NCBI GenBank assembly: GCA_038496445.1
Contig: JALMLS010000577.1
Span: 1,116,001 to 1,180,000 of the forward strand
DNA from: Trichosphaerium sp. ATCC 40318
Lineage: Eukaryota > Protista > Tubulinea
Length of the DNA: 64,000 bases
Reading direction: 5' to 3'
Shown here in pieces: positions 1 through 15,700 of the stretch (within the stretch, counting starts at the first letter, position 1; the number at the start of each line of letters is the position of its first letter). The translations under genes were made by a program, and so were the position numbers. The notes below the pieces were generated by a model. The model was not told where the DNA came from. It made no database searches and saw nothing but the letters and a program-made list of their open reading frames with translations.

Positions 1-903
1 ACACTATTGACCGTTCTAAGGTGAGACTCACCAGTAATACCAAATCCTGTAGAAGGCGCCAGATTCAAACCATTGCCTGCAGGAGCTGTGGCTGGTGCTG
101 TAGTAAGATTGAGACCTTGACGAATATAAGTGGAAGAAGGTTGTTGGGTAGAGTTAAAATTGTTTTATACCAAATCCTGTAGAAGGCGCAAGGTTCAATC
201 CTGTATTTGGCGTAGTGGCAACACCTAGCAAGACGTTCAGATTGTACGATTTAACATTATTCAATATATATCCTTACCAGTATTAGTAAACCCTTGAGCT
301 TGTGGTGGGGTAGTAAGATTGAGACCTTGATTAATATTAGTGGAAGAAGGCTGTGGTCTGTTTAAAATCAGTTATTACCAAACCCTGTAGAAGGCGCAAG
401 ATTCAATCCTGTATTTTGTGCACCACCTAGTAAGATATTTAGATTATCATACATGATAATCAATTAATGAAGTATTGTTTCTTTTTTTTCTACTTACCTT
501 GCTTATTACCAAACCCTTGAGCGTTACCACCCCATGCATTAGTACCAGCATTATTCTGAGCGGCTTGGTTATTACCAAATCCTTGAGTGTTACCACCCCA
601 TGCATTAGTGCCAGCATTGTTCTGAGCGGCTTGATTATTACCAAATCCTTGAGCGTTACCACCCCATGCATTAGCACCAGCATTATTCTGAGCGGCTTGG
701 TTATTACCAAATCCTTGTGCGTTACCACCCCACGCATTAGTACCAGCATTATTACGGGGTTTATTTAGGCCCAAAGCAGCGGCACCTAAACCGCCGGCCT
801 TCACGCCTTGTCCAGGTACTGATGTTGGCGATCCATCTCCAAGCAAATCATCATACTTAGCTTTGACTCTCGCTATTTCCTCCGCTGTTGGTTGGTCGCT
901 CAT
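1..903 (-). CDS. Low-complexity GFG/GLNL-repeat protein, possibly an FG-nucleoporin; multi-exon, runs off the window start
   Basis: ORF 490-903 with NNAGTNAWGGNAQGFG repeats. Downstream exons read GLNLAPSTGFG repeatedly between GT-AG introns. Confidence 0.45.
503..752. repeat. 66-bp coding tandem repeat, ~4 copies (22 aa unit)
   Basis: TTATTACCAAA recurs at 503, 569, 635 and 701. Confidence 0.95.
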
Positions 904-1335
904 CTAGTAAAGAGGTCAGTTTAACATCCAGATTATCAAAATACGCTAATTAGATATCCAGTACTAATATTTACGCGTGGGAATAGCGTTTTAGTTATAA
1001 TAAAAGGTAAACGTATGTACAGTTAATTTCTTTGGTTTAAAATACTAAATTGATATCTCTGAAATGGTGTCGTTTGAAACAGACAACAAGAAATAGCTTT
1101 GAAACTTAAAATTCAGTGTTCGCGCTTTTTTTGGCAAAGAGTCTTGGGCGTTCTCGCTTGCTTAACGGCTTCAGGTTTTGTCGTAGAACCACGCCAGCTA
1201 CCCAAATAAACACGCGCAGAAGAATACCACTTAATTCAGGTCCCTAACTTTACATAAGGCAACAACAAACTTTTGGAAAACTCGTTTTTTTTTGTTCATT
1301 TTTATTGTTTGCTTCCGTTTATCAGAGTTGCTCAA

Positions 1336-3088
<1,753 letters not shown>

Positions 3089-6000
3089 ACCTAAAAAGAG
3101 AAATAAATGTTAAATCTATGAACGCAAGAGTTTGTTACGTCACGTGACAGTTTTTTTTTTTCGTACAATTCGAAATTGGGTTTTCGAAAATTGGTCCCTG
3201 GTTAGGAGTTTAGATGGGTCACATCCCCTTAAAACCTGCCAAGTACGCAAAGGGTTTAGGAAATAGTGAAAACAAATTAATGGTGATCGGAAGTACCTTT
3301 ATGACGTTCTGTAGTGGGTAAAAGGCATATTAAGATGCTTATTAGAAACGCACACAAACGAAAGTGATATGATCTCGCTACCTAAAGATTTTCATACACA
3401 GTAGTGCGCTGTAGTTTGATTATTAGGTACCTTTTAAGCGACAGAGAGCAGTATAGCGATGTAACGCTTACCTTTTGGTATTAATATAGTAAAAAAAATA
3501 GCATAATGCCAGCATGTGTAGAGACGCTAGTCGCCTTTCAAATCCCGGAAAGCTGATCATTCAAGCGTACGCGGTTTCAGAAAGATCAGGGCGATGTATC
3601 AAGAGAGACAGGGCAGGTGGCTACTAGTAGCATTGTGGAAAATACGTGGCTATAAATAATTAAATCAGTTTATCACATTTCATACATCACTTGTTGATAC
3701 CAAGAGGCTATAGGTAGACTTACATAACTATATCAAACAACGAAGGTAACTTTTTTTGTATCAGGAGCCTATAGCCACAGCTGAATTTGACACTAATAAC
3801 ATATGACGTTTATGTTTTTAAGCTGAGAAAAGTGCACCGACTATTTTAGTCATTCGTTGTCTTTGTACAATACATGCGCACCAAACTGTGAGTTTTGTTT
3901 TATCATAACTTGTTATAGTAACACTATACGCTAGTTCGTAATGTTAAGAATTGCAGGACATGCAGTAAAAGCTGTTCTGTTTAAACTTTTCACTTCGTCA
4001 CAGCCAAGCCAAAACAATCGCTCCGGAGAAAATAGTGAATGATCTCTTACTGTCAAGCAGTCTAACAAACGTTTAATGCGAAATTTGTAGGATTTACTAA
4101 CAAAACTGAAAGTGCAAGCTCTATTGTACTACCAATCGCTTATTCTTCTATCTACGATGAACAACAACAACATCAGATCACGTGACCGAAATATAAAACA
4201 AAAAGTCTAAGAATCTTCCCACAAAAACGGAAGACCTAACTTGGGACTGTTTCTTTCCCACCACTACTCATTTCGCTAGTTGTGCATTAGTTTCGAGCAC
4301 GTCACCGAACCCTGCAAGATATGACAAGTCCCAGAAAAGCATAAAAAATACATGGAGTGTTCACTCGCTCCATTCTTCCTTATTGGATAGCGGCAGATTA
4401 CGTAATATGGTTTTAAAAAGTGATGTGAGTTTTATAGCACTTCCAAAATAATGGGAACACAAATTCCCAAAATGCTTGTGAATCCAGGCCGATAACTATT
4501 CAGGAAACGGTTACTACTGCGTTTACAAATACCATTCTCCGACAAAATTTATGTGGTTTAATGTCTTATTCTGCCTCTGGTAGTATCCAGTTAAATGGAA
4601 AGTAAGATGATAATAATTATATGAAACTTTATAGAGTAGTGCGGTTAGAATAACATGAAAGGGCACGACTACGCCATTAACATAAATAGTGACAACGTAT
4701 GGCAACACATACAAAATTTTATTTGCCTCCTACAGGATAAATATCTCACAAAAACCTCCAAGCAATGCTCAAAAAAAATAGTCTCAATACTCCTTTGAAG
4801 CTACAAAAAAAAAAAAAGATACAAGTTAAAATTGTATTTGTTGCCCCGAGACTCGCGCACAAAGTTTATCAACTGAATTGGTTTATACAATTGACGCGTC
4901 ATCGGGCGCTTGGAAAACTGTTAGAGAGGAGAAAATAAGCATGTTTATTATTCAACTCGCCGGTTTTATTATTTCCGAAACAGCAACACAACTAAAACAT
5001 TTTTACGAACATAAACTTTCCGGAGAAGGTTCCATTCAACGGTATGTGAGAGTCCTGCACCACAATCTTCGCATTATCGGTATGTACTCCATATCTGTGC
5101 CACGTGCACTATACGAAAAAAAAATAGTCAGAGAGCTCGAAGAACCTCCATTGCCGAACTTTGGACTATGTTTAAAATTTAAGTGAAGTGTTATGTTCTT
5201 CCAAATATTCTTGAACAGATAACCGTACCATAACACACAAATAAAACACAGAATGCAACACGAGGTGATATCATTCAATACTCTTAACGACTTCCTACTA
5301 TATGGGCCACGGAGGCTTGACATTATTCCAGAGCCTGTCGTTTTGAAGAAAGACCCGACGCTTAAAAAAAAAATAAAAAAGTGTCGTTATAACAACACAC
5401 CGAAAGTAAAGAGCGTAGATCCACACCTGTTGCAAATGCAAAAGGATAATAAAAGGAACCATGCGGTACCTATAGATAGACATTCAAACTACACAACAGT
5501 AAACCACAGCGTACGAAACTGACGTTTAAAAAAACGTGCCGTTTTTTGGTTGTTTGAACCTAAACTGAAAATTTTAACCTTTTTGGAATTGCGCCACTAT
5601 TATGAATGGTTAGCATGTTTATTGCAAGGTAGCAATGTACCTTCAAAACGTAATTCATCAGAGTCTCTTTTTTTTAGTCCACAAATCTTTTTTTTTGTGC
5701 CGCCAGCATTTGTAGCCTTCTCATGTATCTACATAGGAATTTTCTATAAGCTACTCAAACGCAATATCACGATTTTTTGGAAACAATACAAAGCCTGTAT
5801 TAAATGCACTCATTCTTGCCACACTCCTTGGTATGGGCGTCTCTAAAGCGGCTGGCCCTTCTATACACGACTACCTCGTATGGTACGCACCTATTGAAGC
5901 CGGTTTGTAAAAAAAAAGTCCGAGAAGAAGGCAGCCTAACTAACAAAGTTTTGCAAGCGTCTTTATCAAATCAATTATTAATGTGGGTTATTACTAAACA

Positions 6001-7265
6001 ATTTTCTCCTCAGGGATACTAGATTTTTCTTGTTCGCCGTGAACTTATTTATGAGCGAGAAAACAAAGCGATACAATGTATCACGTAAGGGGTCATACAA
6101 TATGTATAAGTCATTCACCAGGTAAACTTGAAAAAAACTACAGAACAAAACAAAAACTGAAAAAAAGAAAAAAAAAACAAAAAAATTTGTTGAATTTCTG
6201 AACAGCCTCTCAAAAGTCATTTTTTTTTGATTTCACGTGCGAAGGAGGGCTTCTGTGACTGGTAAAATTACGAGCTTTTAGTAAAACAAAATGCTTTCTC
6301 GTGGTTGGTACTCACCTCTTGTTTATTAGATGGGTTAAGACATCAAACGTGAGGAAAAAGGATCGTCCATGGCGATTTTCAGTACAGACAATGCGACGAC
6401 AGGCGTGGCATACCATTAGAGATGAAATGATAACGCTACTACACCAAAAGCCTGTAGTTCATTGGGAATGGGTTCGTCTACATAGCAGGGCAGGCGAGAA
6501 ACAGAGTTTGGTTTATCTACAAAGAGGACAGTTTGTAGATAATGTAAAAGCAGCTGCAGCCATACAGTGTGCTATGTGACAGTATCAGTTCTGTGTAGAG
6601 CCGAGATAGCGCTTGGTATGTAATAAAATAAAAAGAAAATCAAAGAGTGTCACGTTGTACAATGAAGTGTTGATATTTGTTGATGTGTTTTGTACAGTTT
6701 TTTGAAGGTTTCAGGTGATGTTTTGTAGTTCAAGAAAATAAAAATTGTGCCTTTTGATGTTGCGCGCTTCAACTACCGGATTACCAAGAAGCTACCATAC
6801 GCTAAAATATTACTTGCTGAACGAGCTCCTTTGTTTGTGTTGCTTGAAAATAAGTGTGAAAAGCATTCGAGTTGAACATAATGGTTACCGTAATTAGATC
6901 TTGAACTGGTACACATCTGCATCGCGAAGCGGTTTTGAGGATGTTAGCAATCTACTTGTTTCTTTTCTTTGGTATTACGAAATAGTTCAAGATACGTTCA
7001 CAGTGCGTTGTAGTTCAAGATACAAGCGTATTATGAGTTTCAGTCTGTGAATGAGCGCCAACGCAACGCGAGAAGACAAGCCACACTAAAAAAAGCCTTT
7101 TCGTGCTTGTTTGTTCACAGTCATAACTAGCCTTTGCAAAGCCACCATTCGCATGACAACTGAAAGATTTGTCAGACTGCCCAGAACTGTCAAGACTCGC
7201 TCAAAACTTTTGTGCGCAAAATCGTCGGAGTGGCCGCCAAAAAAATATAACTCTACTCACTGACA

Positions 7266-8149
7266 ATGGCAAGTTTATCAAGGCGTATCATAAAGGTTCG
7301 TTGTAGTTGTTTAAATGCGCGTGTTTTGACAAAGAGTAGGAAACACAGAGGCTTTTGGCTGATCCACGTACCAGTAAAGCGGTTTTTTCGTTTCTAACCA
7401 TGTCATAGCTCCGGGAATCAGCGTAAAGCCGTTCCAAGATAATTTGCGTTATTTTAGCGTACTCATGCAAGGACCTCAAGGAACGCCATACGAAGGTATA
7501 CTAAACACCAAACGTGACAAAACACATCAAAACAACACATATCACTTTTATAGAGCTTCCCGATGGAGTCAATTAAACAACTAAACCATTTAGGTGGCGT
7601 ATTTTCGTTAGAACTATTCCTACCAGCAAAATACCCTATGGACCCACCAAAGTGTCGTTTCCTTACTAAAATATACCACCCAAACATTGATAAGGTTGGG
7701 CGTATTTGCTTGGACACACTAAAAAAAATGTGGTCTCCTGCGCTTACCATTAGAACGGTCATTCTAACTATTCAAGCTTTGTTGAGGTAATATTACTTGA
7801 ATCATGCGCCGTAACGTTGTTACTTTACTCTCCTGGCCTGAGCGAGCGAGGACAGCGCTTTTGTTTTTATTTTTTTTTGTTTGTTGTACAAAAGTTAACG
7901 TGCATTATTAGTGTTCCAAACCCTGACGATCCTCTCGACACAACAGTAGCTGCTCACTTTACAAACAATAAAAAGGGTGCAGAAGATACAGGTTAGTTTT
8001 TTAAACAACAAAGACCCTTGCGAGCTTGAGCAGGAGCTGAAATGAAAAAAAAATTATGTTTGATTTTACTCAATCTTTCCATTTGGTTAGTAGTTGATTT
8101 TCTTTTTTTTATAGCTCGCCAATGGACGTTAAAGTACGCAAACTCTTGA
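7266..8149 (+). CDS. UBE2N: Ubiquitin-conjugating enzyme E2 N (Ubc13), multi-exon
   Basis: [19 protein letters not shown]...[36 protein letters not shown]...[18 protein letters not shown]...PNPDDPL...[11 protein letters not shown]. Confidence 0.9.
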
Positions 8150-8306
8150 TTATGTACATTTCGAAGAGAGAACGTAGATGTAAAGCTATAGGCGATAATA
8201 ATAAACGCGAAGTCACGCAATAATAATAGTTGCAACTGACTTTTCAATCTACGGCGTTACCAACACCTATTTTTTTATGTCTGAGTTAAGCGAGCAGTAC
8301 AAAAAA

Positions 8307-9700
8307 ATGAGCGATTTTCTTAATCACAATGTTACAAGGGTCATCAATACAGACCGCATTTAATAGTATTGTATTAACTAACCATGCTGGATGTATTCAA
8401 GAGGCTTTAGGTGCGTCTTAACAGTACACAATAAGTGAAATTCGTAGAATAACTGTATTTAATGTTCTGAGCTCTAACGGTATTGGTAGAGATTTTTGAC
8501 GCGCAGAGTACCGTAGAACAGATAAAAAAACGCGTTACAACGATTTCAGAAACGTTGTTTGATAAAATTAAAAACGCTGCTCGACACCAACAAAGACAGC
8601 TAGATGCGACGGTTTCAGATGTTGGTTCTCAAAAAATAGCTTTTCCACACTTGAAAGAGATAATTGAAGGCTGGGGCGTAGTAATCAGCTCTGTTACAGA
8701 TCGCTCACGCAAAGGGTATGCAGACTTTTAACTCTACAAAAGGCAGTTGACGGTTCAAAGCTAACCACGTTAGTTTTACGCTGTTCAACATGATACTATC
8801 AGAATACAAGCTAAATCTATCATGGGAGCTACCGAACGAGTTACTGAATCCAGCACCTGTCATTCCTGATCCTCCAGAAACACCAGAAAGCCTCAAGTAC
8901 ACATATTGTTATAAGCATAGACGACTATGGAGAAATAACAACTTATTAGATCTCAGTACAACTTTTACAAACGTATGAGAACAGAGGCAACTCTTGTTGA
9001 CTGCAACATTGTTGCAGAAGGGTGTGAGATCCCTGTCCATAAGTTGGTATTAGCCAGTCGATCAGCAGTTTTTGAGGCGATGCTAAAACAGGACATGAAG
9101 GTTTGTGAAAAACGAGAACTTTGACATTTGGATGTCAAGTTTTTTTTTTCAGAATTTTTGGTTTTGATTGATACCTAGGAGGCTAGAAGTAACGAAATAC
9201 GATTAGAAGATACTACAAAGATAGCAGCGGAAGCAATGATAGACTTTATATACTCAAATGAATTCCCAAAAGAAAGATACTCTGTGGATGAAATGTGTCA
9301 AGTTCTGGCTTTAGCTCACCGGTTTGGTCTTGGTACTGGTTCTTTCTTGTTCTTTTAGTTTATTTACTTTACTTACACGTATTTTTTAGAGGGTCTTGTA
9401 CAACATTGTACGAAGGCATTGGGGTCAAAGATAACTATTGATAACATTGAGACAGTCGCATGTCTTGCTTATAATTTTGATATTTTACCTCTTGTCATGT
9501 ACTGTAAATGGTTCTGTGGAAATAATGATATATACGAGGATATACTATCACAAGGATCAAGGGAATCTGATAGTCAACAATTGACTCTGTCTCCACAAAA
9601 GAGAAAACGTGTGGTTGATGATAATGAAGAAGAATCTAGTGACACAAAGAAAAGACGATTACAAAGAGAAGAAGAAAAAGACAGATCTGAAACAACTTGA
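8307..9700 (+). CDS. BTB/POZ-domain protein, multi-exon
   Basis: DCNIVAEGCEIPVHKLVLASRSAVFEAMLKQDMK-EARSNEIRLED...AMIDFIYSN is a typical BTB signature. The C-terminus is basic and NLS-like. Confidence 0.8.
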
Positions 9701-10005
9701 GTAAGATAGGATTGTCCTCTGTACATTAAATAGGTTGAAATACCACCATTTGTAAATAAGACGCTAGTGAGTTTTTTCTCTCAAAGAGTAAACAACACTT
9801 TAGAATAACAGTCGAACTAATTTGAAAAATAGTGACGATTGAACCAAATCACATGAACTTATCTGGACGTGAGTTATGTCTATAGACGGCGACAGTAGAA
9901 ACGCCAGGAGAATTTACCCTTTGTAGCAACATATAAAGCCCATACAAAGAAAAAATAAAGTTGCTTTTGTTGACTTAGAAAAAAAAGCATAGCTTTGTAA
10001 TTGTG

Positions 10006-10970
10006 ATGTTACGGCGGTACACTATTCGCTCACGATGTGCGTATGCTTCAGTACCAGCAAATACGCACGCGTGCACGCGTATGTATGCATCAAAGGCTGG
10101 TTCACCTGTAAGGAAACCGAAAGCGAAACATGCTCCAGTTATCGATTTAAAGAAGCTGGCTTCGTTAAAATCTAAAACAAAGGATTCTGTAGTAAGACAT
10201 CAGCTTGGAGCTACTATGGATGTAATTAGAAGGGAAGCACAGAAAGACCGCAGGTTAAAACAACTAAAGGAGAGTGCTGAGGGCGGTATCATTAAAGTAT
10301 GTGCCTTACACTTTATTAACGTTAAAAATCGATTGTTAACGCCTACGACAGGATGATTTGATTATGAAAGCGTATATAGAACTCGAGGAAGAGGCTGACT
10401 CATTGTACGTTATTATTTCAATCTAAACGACTCTTAACGTTATTCCACGCGTAACAACACTCATTGGAGTGCTATGAAATCACTTTCTTTTACAAAAACA
10501 CCGCGAGAATTATTTACTGTTGTGACACGCTGACACCATGAACTCATTGCTAAATTATTCATAGACAAACGCGCAAGCTCGATTCACTTAGAAGAGAGCG
10601 AGAAATTCAAAAAAAACTTGACCTGGCTATTAAAAGGGATGATCCCACTATTGGCGCTAATAAGTTCACTGCAGCAAGTCTATTCTCTTCAGCTAAGAGG
10701 TCTGAGGAAGAAAAAACAATGCAGGACCAGAGCGTTGCTGCTTTACTTCAAGTTACAAAAGAAATAAAAGCCAAGAAGAAAAAGGCAGAGGAAAAAGAAA
10801 ATTCCGAAGAGTTCATTTCTATTAGACAGGAGATCTTTGAAAAGACTGCACAGATTAGAAAGATGATGGATAAGACTATGGAAGGTAATAAGATGGATAG
10901 AGAAAGGAAGAGAGGAGCTAAATTAGAGAAGAGAAGGATGAGGATACAAGCAAAGAGGGCTGCAAGATAG
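10006..10970 (+). CDS. Unknown basic protein with a mitochondrial-targeting-like N-terminus, multi-exon
   Basis: MLRRYTIRSRCAYAS leader. ORFs 10003-10356 and 10719-10970 are linked by GT-AG introns. Confidence 0.55.
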
Positions 10971-11512
10971 TTGGACTTAAATTTTTTTTTTATCTGACAA
11001 AGTTTCTTTAACAACAATGGCGTGCTACTAGCACTGTTCTTTGTCGATCTCTTGTATTAATAAAAAGGCAAATCTTTGCTTCGCCAACAAATCACTCACG
11101 TGATTGATAATTTTTTTCAATCAAACTAACACGAAAATAACTGGCTCTTTTGGCTTCGTTTTGAGTGATATCATAAGGTGACCTGCAGGAAAGTTCATGC
11201 AGCGGAGGCTAAGTAGGTACAATTTCACTCTAGCGTCTAACATCTCGCAAGATTTCAGTCAAGTAAAGACTATCACTCAGTTTGCTAATCACATCAAAAT
11301 AACATGGCACTGTAGGCTAAACAGCGCCTAGCGAAGGTTTGATATCCTCACTAGTATGTTTGCTTGTCATTTGATCAATTCATGAATAGATTGAAGTATG
11401 TCTTGCAAACCAATCAATACAAAGATTGATTTTGATAAAATTAATAACACAGCAAAAAATCAATCACAAAAAAAAAGCATCATATTCTCAACAACAAAAT
11501 ACAACGCACAAC

Positions 11513-11812
11513 ATGTCTCATACAAATAATTCTTTTCAAAGTTTAGACGAGGATAAAGATGAATACATTATACTTAATGATCAATTTTTTCAAGAGTTGC
11601 ATGCCAACATAACCGACGTCGAGGAATTTACAGAAGAGGATTGTGATTTATTCATGGCAGAAGGTGCACTATTCATACCACTCGATATGATACCCAAAAA
11701 CAAGAGGAAAGAGTACAAAAAGTTTCTAAAAAGAAATGGCGTTAAACCCAAATCAAAAAAAGCAAAGAGACGCATTAAACAAGCCAAATGTAGCAAGCCT
11801 GTACATGCATAA
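11513..11812 (+). CDS. Small hypothetical protein (acidic N-half, basic C-half)
   Basis: 99-aa ATG ORF followed by AATAAA. No family recognised. Confidence 0.4.
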   Translation: MSHTNNSFQSLDEDKDEYIILNDQFFQELHANITDVEEFTEEDCDLFMAEGALFIPLDMIPKNKRKEYKKFLKRNGVKPKSKKAKRRIKQAKCSKPVHA

Positions 11813-12287
11813 CAAACAAAAAATAAACAAAAAAGTAATCCAACCAATGTTTCCTCTAATTGTCGCATATTATAAACCACTACTCCAAATCGTATTAACA
11901 CAGCCACTTTCGGAGTGCGGTGGAACGTTATACGACACCATTAGCGCATACGTTTACATAGTAGTAGCGGTCTAAAACCTAAATCGTGTTACACTAAAAC
12001 ATTACGAAGCTAAATCTTAATCAATCTAAATCAATCAGCTCGTTCAGATTTGACTAATCAAAACTGGCACATTGTTAGAGCTATTTATCAAGGTAATGAT
12101 GTATCTACAACGTTATTATGAGTAACTGTACACCTGCGTTCTTATCGACGTCAATTTTTTGAGTGATTTACTTGGATATCAATCTTGTTTTATTCAAAGA
12201 ATTCACACAATTTCAATCAAGAATTTTTTAGACATATTTTAATTATCAACCAGTACAACGCACCTCATCCCAACAACGAATATAAGG

Positions 12288-12644
12288 ATGCTTTCATCAT
12301 ACAAATGCAAGATTACATCGCTCAAACAAGTAGCAGCAGATATATCTAAACTAGTAAAAGACAACGACAGTCATCATGATATCGAGTGGAAATCACTAGG
12401 ATCAGATGTATTAAAACATGTTTCCATACTGTTGTATTTCACTCTATACGAGCACATCACAATGCAAATTGATGATTACATACTTGACATTCCTTTATCT
12501 GCTGTAAACAAAGCGTTAAGTACAATATTGGTTCATGGTCCTTTTCCAAAAGCGAAGTACTTGCCAATAAGCTCATGGACTGAATACAATAAATACTTGC
12601 AAAGGCTTGGATTCAAGTTGTCAAAATATCACACTCTTAAATAA
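12288..12644 (+). CDS. Small hypothetical protein
   Basis: 118-aa ATG ORF with AATAAA at the stop. No family recognised. Confidence 0.35.
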   Translation: MLSSYKCKITSLKQVAADISKLVKDNDSHHDIEWKSLGSDVLKHVSILLYFTLYEHITMQIDDYILDIPLSAVNKALSTILVHGPFPKAKYLPISSWTEYNKYLQRLGFKLSKYHTLK

Positions 12645-12923
12645 ATACATTACTTGTTATAACATTAGCTGTATGTTCTTTTCATTACTATGACTTATTA
12701 TACAATGAACATATTGCGACAACAAATTGAGAAGTCGGTTCTAATCACTCATTTTCAAGATTGAAAAACAGACTTAAAGTCGTTCTAAGTTTGGCGTTAT
12801 CAGTAAACCTTGACAAAATTTCTTGGGAGAACTACGCTACAAGAAAATACTTAACATAATTTTAATAAACTATGAAATGAGAGGGCTCCTTATCGCTAAG
12901 GGGCATTGTTTATTAATGATGTT

Positions 12924-15505
12924 TTATGAACTAACTACGAAAACTCCAAGTGTCTCAGTTGTATGTCGTCTCTCACTATCTCTTAGAGTATCTTCCTCGA
13001 TAGCTGAACCAATATTGGTTGATGATCCAGAACCGTATACTATAGGCCACCTACACAAATCAAGTCAGCAAATACAGAAACAGGCAAATGCTCTCTAGTT
13101 TTTCGAAGAAATTACAAAAAGCAAGAACTCATACCCTCCGTTGTTGCCTCTCATGCCTAGCGATGAAGCTACTACTACTCTAGGAGAAGATACTGACACT
13201 GGTATGTTGTATGGAGGTGAATCTCCAAACCCACGGATTGATCTTGAGCTTGTTTTGGCATCAAAAGTATGTGTGGCAGATCCAATTTGTATACTTCCAC
13301 TTCCTGCTTCTACAATTATTACGCCAACACTTTCTGTAGCACGAGATAGTATTGGATCCTCTCCTATATGCTTTCCAATATATATCGATGATGGACTCGG
13401 TGGTTGCGAGTATGTTGAGCCCTTAAGAAGTGAATTAGTAAAAAGCTGTTCAAAACCTTGTTTGACGAAGGATGATACTTACACTTGCCCAGAACACACT
13501 CCATTTAGCGTCATTTTCACTCATCACTTGACCAAGAACAACTGGGTCGTTATAGCTCTGTGACGGTGTGAATAAGTCTCTACAATTATCATAGTTAGAT
13601 AAAGAATATCAATGAGTTTTAAAGGTGCCTTTGACTCCAATCGCGAAAACGTGCAGTTGTAGAAACAGGTACTACTGTTGCCTCCATCTTGATACCATGA
13701 ACTGCTTCAGTATATACACCTTCTTCAACAACGATACAAGTGACTTTAGTAGCACTAAATGCTTGGTTGTCTGGTGCTTGAAGCTTTATTTGGAGATATC
13801 CTTGGTTAGTTATTTGGACTCTAACAACTCGTGGAACACCTGAGATGTAGTGAGGAGTACATGCGACCACCTGGGAAGTAGTAAGTTTTGAGTTGAGACT
13901 TGTTCACGAGTAGCGTACCATATTTGTGTATGTGTTACTGACGGGAACTGTTGTCCACGTGTTTTGATACCAATCTGTTATTGTCTCCATCTTTAATGTC
14001 TGAGTTGGTGGAGGTGCAGTGGTTGGAGCTACTGTAGGTGGAGGCGGTGGAGTTGTAGGAGCAGGTGTTGGAACTAGTGTCGTTAGAAAGGTTGTTTTCT
14101 ACTTTTTCTGGTTTTTTCGTACTATCAGTTACTGAGCATTGATTAGGTGGGAAAACATTTAAAACGCAGTTATAGGTCAGAACTATCGGTTGCCCATAGT
14201 CCAGTACTTCAAAATCATCAGGCCTGATAGCCCTATTGAAAATCTTAGGTTTTGACTTTTGTTGTTTTCCAATAACAAAAACGAACGTACTGTAGAACAC
14301 GTGTCCCAAAACCCATTGAGTCCCATGTAACAGAACTACCAAGGTCACTAGCGGAAGTGATAGGGATATTACCACCATCAGAAAGGAACATTCCTTAATA
14401 AACAATCAAAACAATCCAGGATGTAGTTTTTGGTCTTACCATATTTTTTTAGAGCCTGTATTACAACGCGTTCGTATTGGTTATATGGGGTTTCGTCAAA
14501 TGAAGCTTTCAGTCTAAAACGAACGCCATATATAGGAGCGAATTGATTACTAGAACTAGGTCCACCAGCATGTGAGGCAGGCCTAACATAGAACCCAGCT
14601 CTCATTGTAGGGTTTCGCAGTATGAAACTAAATCGTTTATGTCAGTTTTCCGAAGCAGTTATCACGTGATATTGGACGTACCGTATTGCGTGATCAATAT
14701 TACCTGCGAATACTTCTTCGGGGTAGAAAAGTAATTGAGCTATTGGAAATCCAGCAGCGTCAGCGCTTGTACATTGATCGCCTCGTAGAGAAAGAGGATA
14801 CGTCTATTTTTAAAATTTCAAAAAAAACACAATAAACTAAAAGGGTTTCGAAATGGTACCTGACACAAGTCCCATACGACTGTACATGTCGAAGAAACAA
14901 CAGTTACACCACCGACATTCCTTACAGTGGTCCGGTAACTCTCGTAAAGCTTCTTTTCGTCAACATCGTACACAATTAAATGACAATCGCCATCTGAGCT
15001 AGAACCACTACAACTAGAGCAAAAGTAGTCGTTACAACCTTCTAGAGCACCTCCCACCGGAAGAGGAACTTCCACCAAGTTGTCGCATGGCTCGTCGTAA
15101 TAGTCTGATTTTTTTGTCCACGTGACTCGAGGTGTATTTGAATCAGCTGTTAAAACATGTATCGATCTATCAATTTGAAAGCGACCTGCACCCCAATTTT
15201 GTCCTTGAAGATAGTTTATTATATTGTTTGAATTTGGGTGTAGAGGAGCTTGAGATATGTCTTGGTAGAAAGGTAGATTAGGGTCATCGAAAAAACGAAT
15301 ACCGCTCGATAAGGATAAAAAGGAAGTTGCTACCAATATTGAAAGCAAAACACCTAAACAGATTATATTAATTTCTGATAATGTCAGTAAAATAATAAAA
15401 AACAAGGCCTAATTTTTTGTATTTTGTCTCGCTGTTATGACGTCTGAATGGGTGTATTTTATATTCTAATTAATGTATTTGGGTCTATTGCGTACTTTGG
15501 TGCAT
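12924..15505 (-). CDS. Secreted multi-domain protein: bacterial-type N-terminal domain, Pro/Thr linker, second bacterial-type domain; multi-exon
   Basis: Spliced start MHQSVLLSILVATSFLSLSSG (signal peptide). Motifs DGDCHLIVYD, LRGDQCTSADAAGFPI, IDHAIRF, GVRFRLKASFD and ALKKYGMFLSDGG, then a PTPAPTTPPPPT linker, then GQVMSENDAKWSVFW, GKHIGED and EEDTLRDSERRHTTE. Confidence 0.8.
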
Positions 15506-15700
15506 GTTTTCTTTTTAAAATAATTGTTGGCTTTTGTTCCTGACTTGGTCTTGCTATTTTTGTTTTGTTCTTTTTTTTTCTCAAAATACTATTCTCATCA
15601 TATTCACATAATCAATATTCGTGTGTTTCAACCCGAACTCTCTTTGCCTTTGGCTTAACTGAAAGCTACTTATACAATGAGATATGGGTTACTCGAACAA

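Noticed and set aside
15637-15660. U2 snRNA 5' end-like TCTCTTTGCCTTTGGCTTA
   Set aside because: The invariant GATCAAGTGTAGTATCTG branch-pairing segment does not follow.
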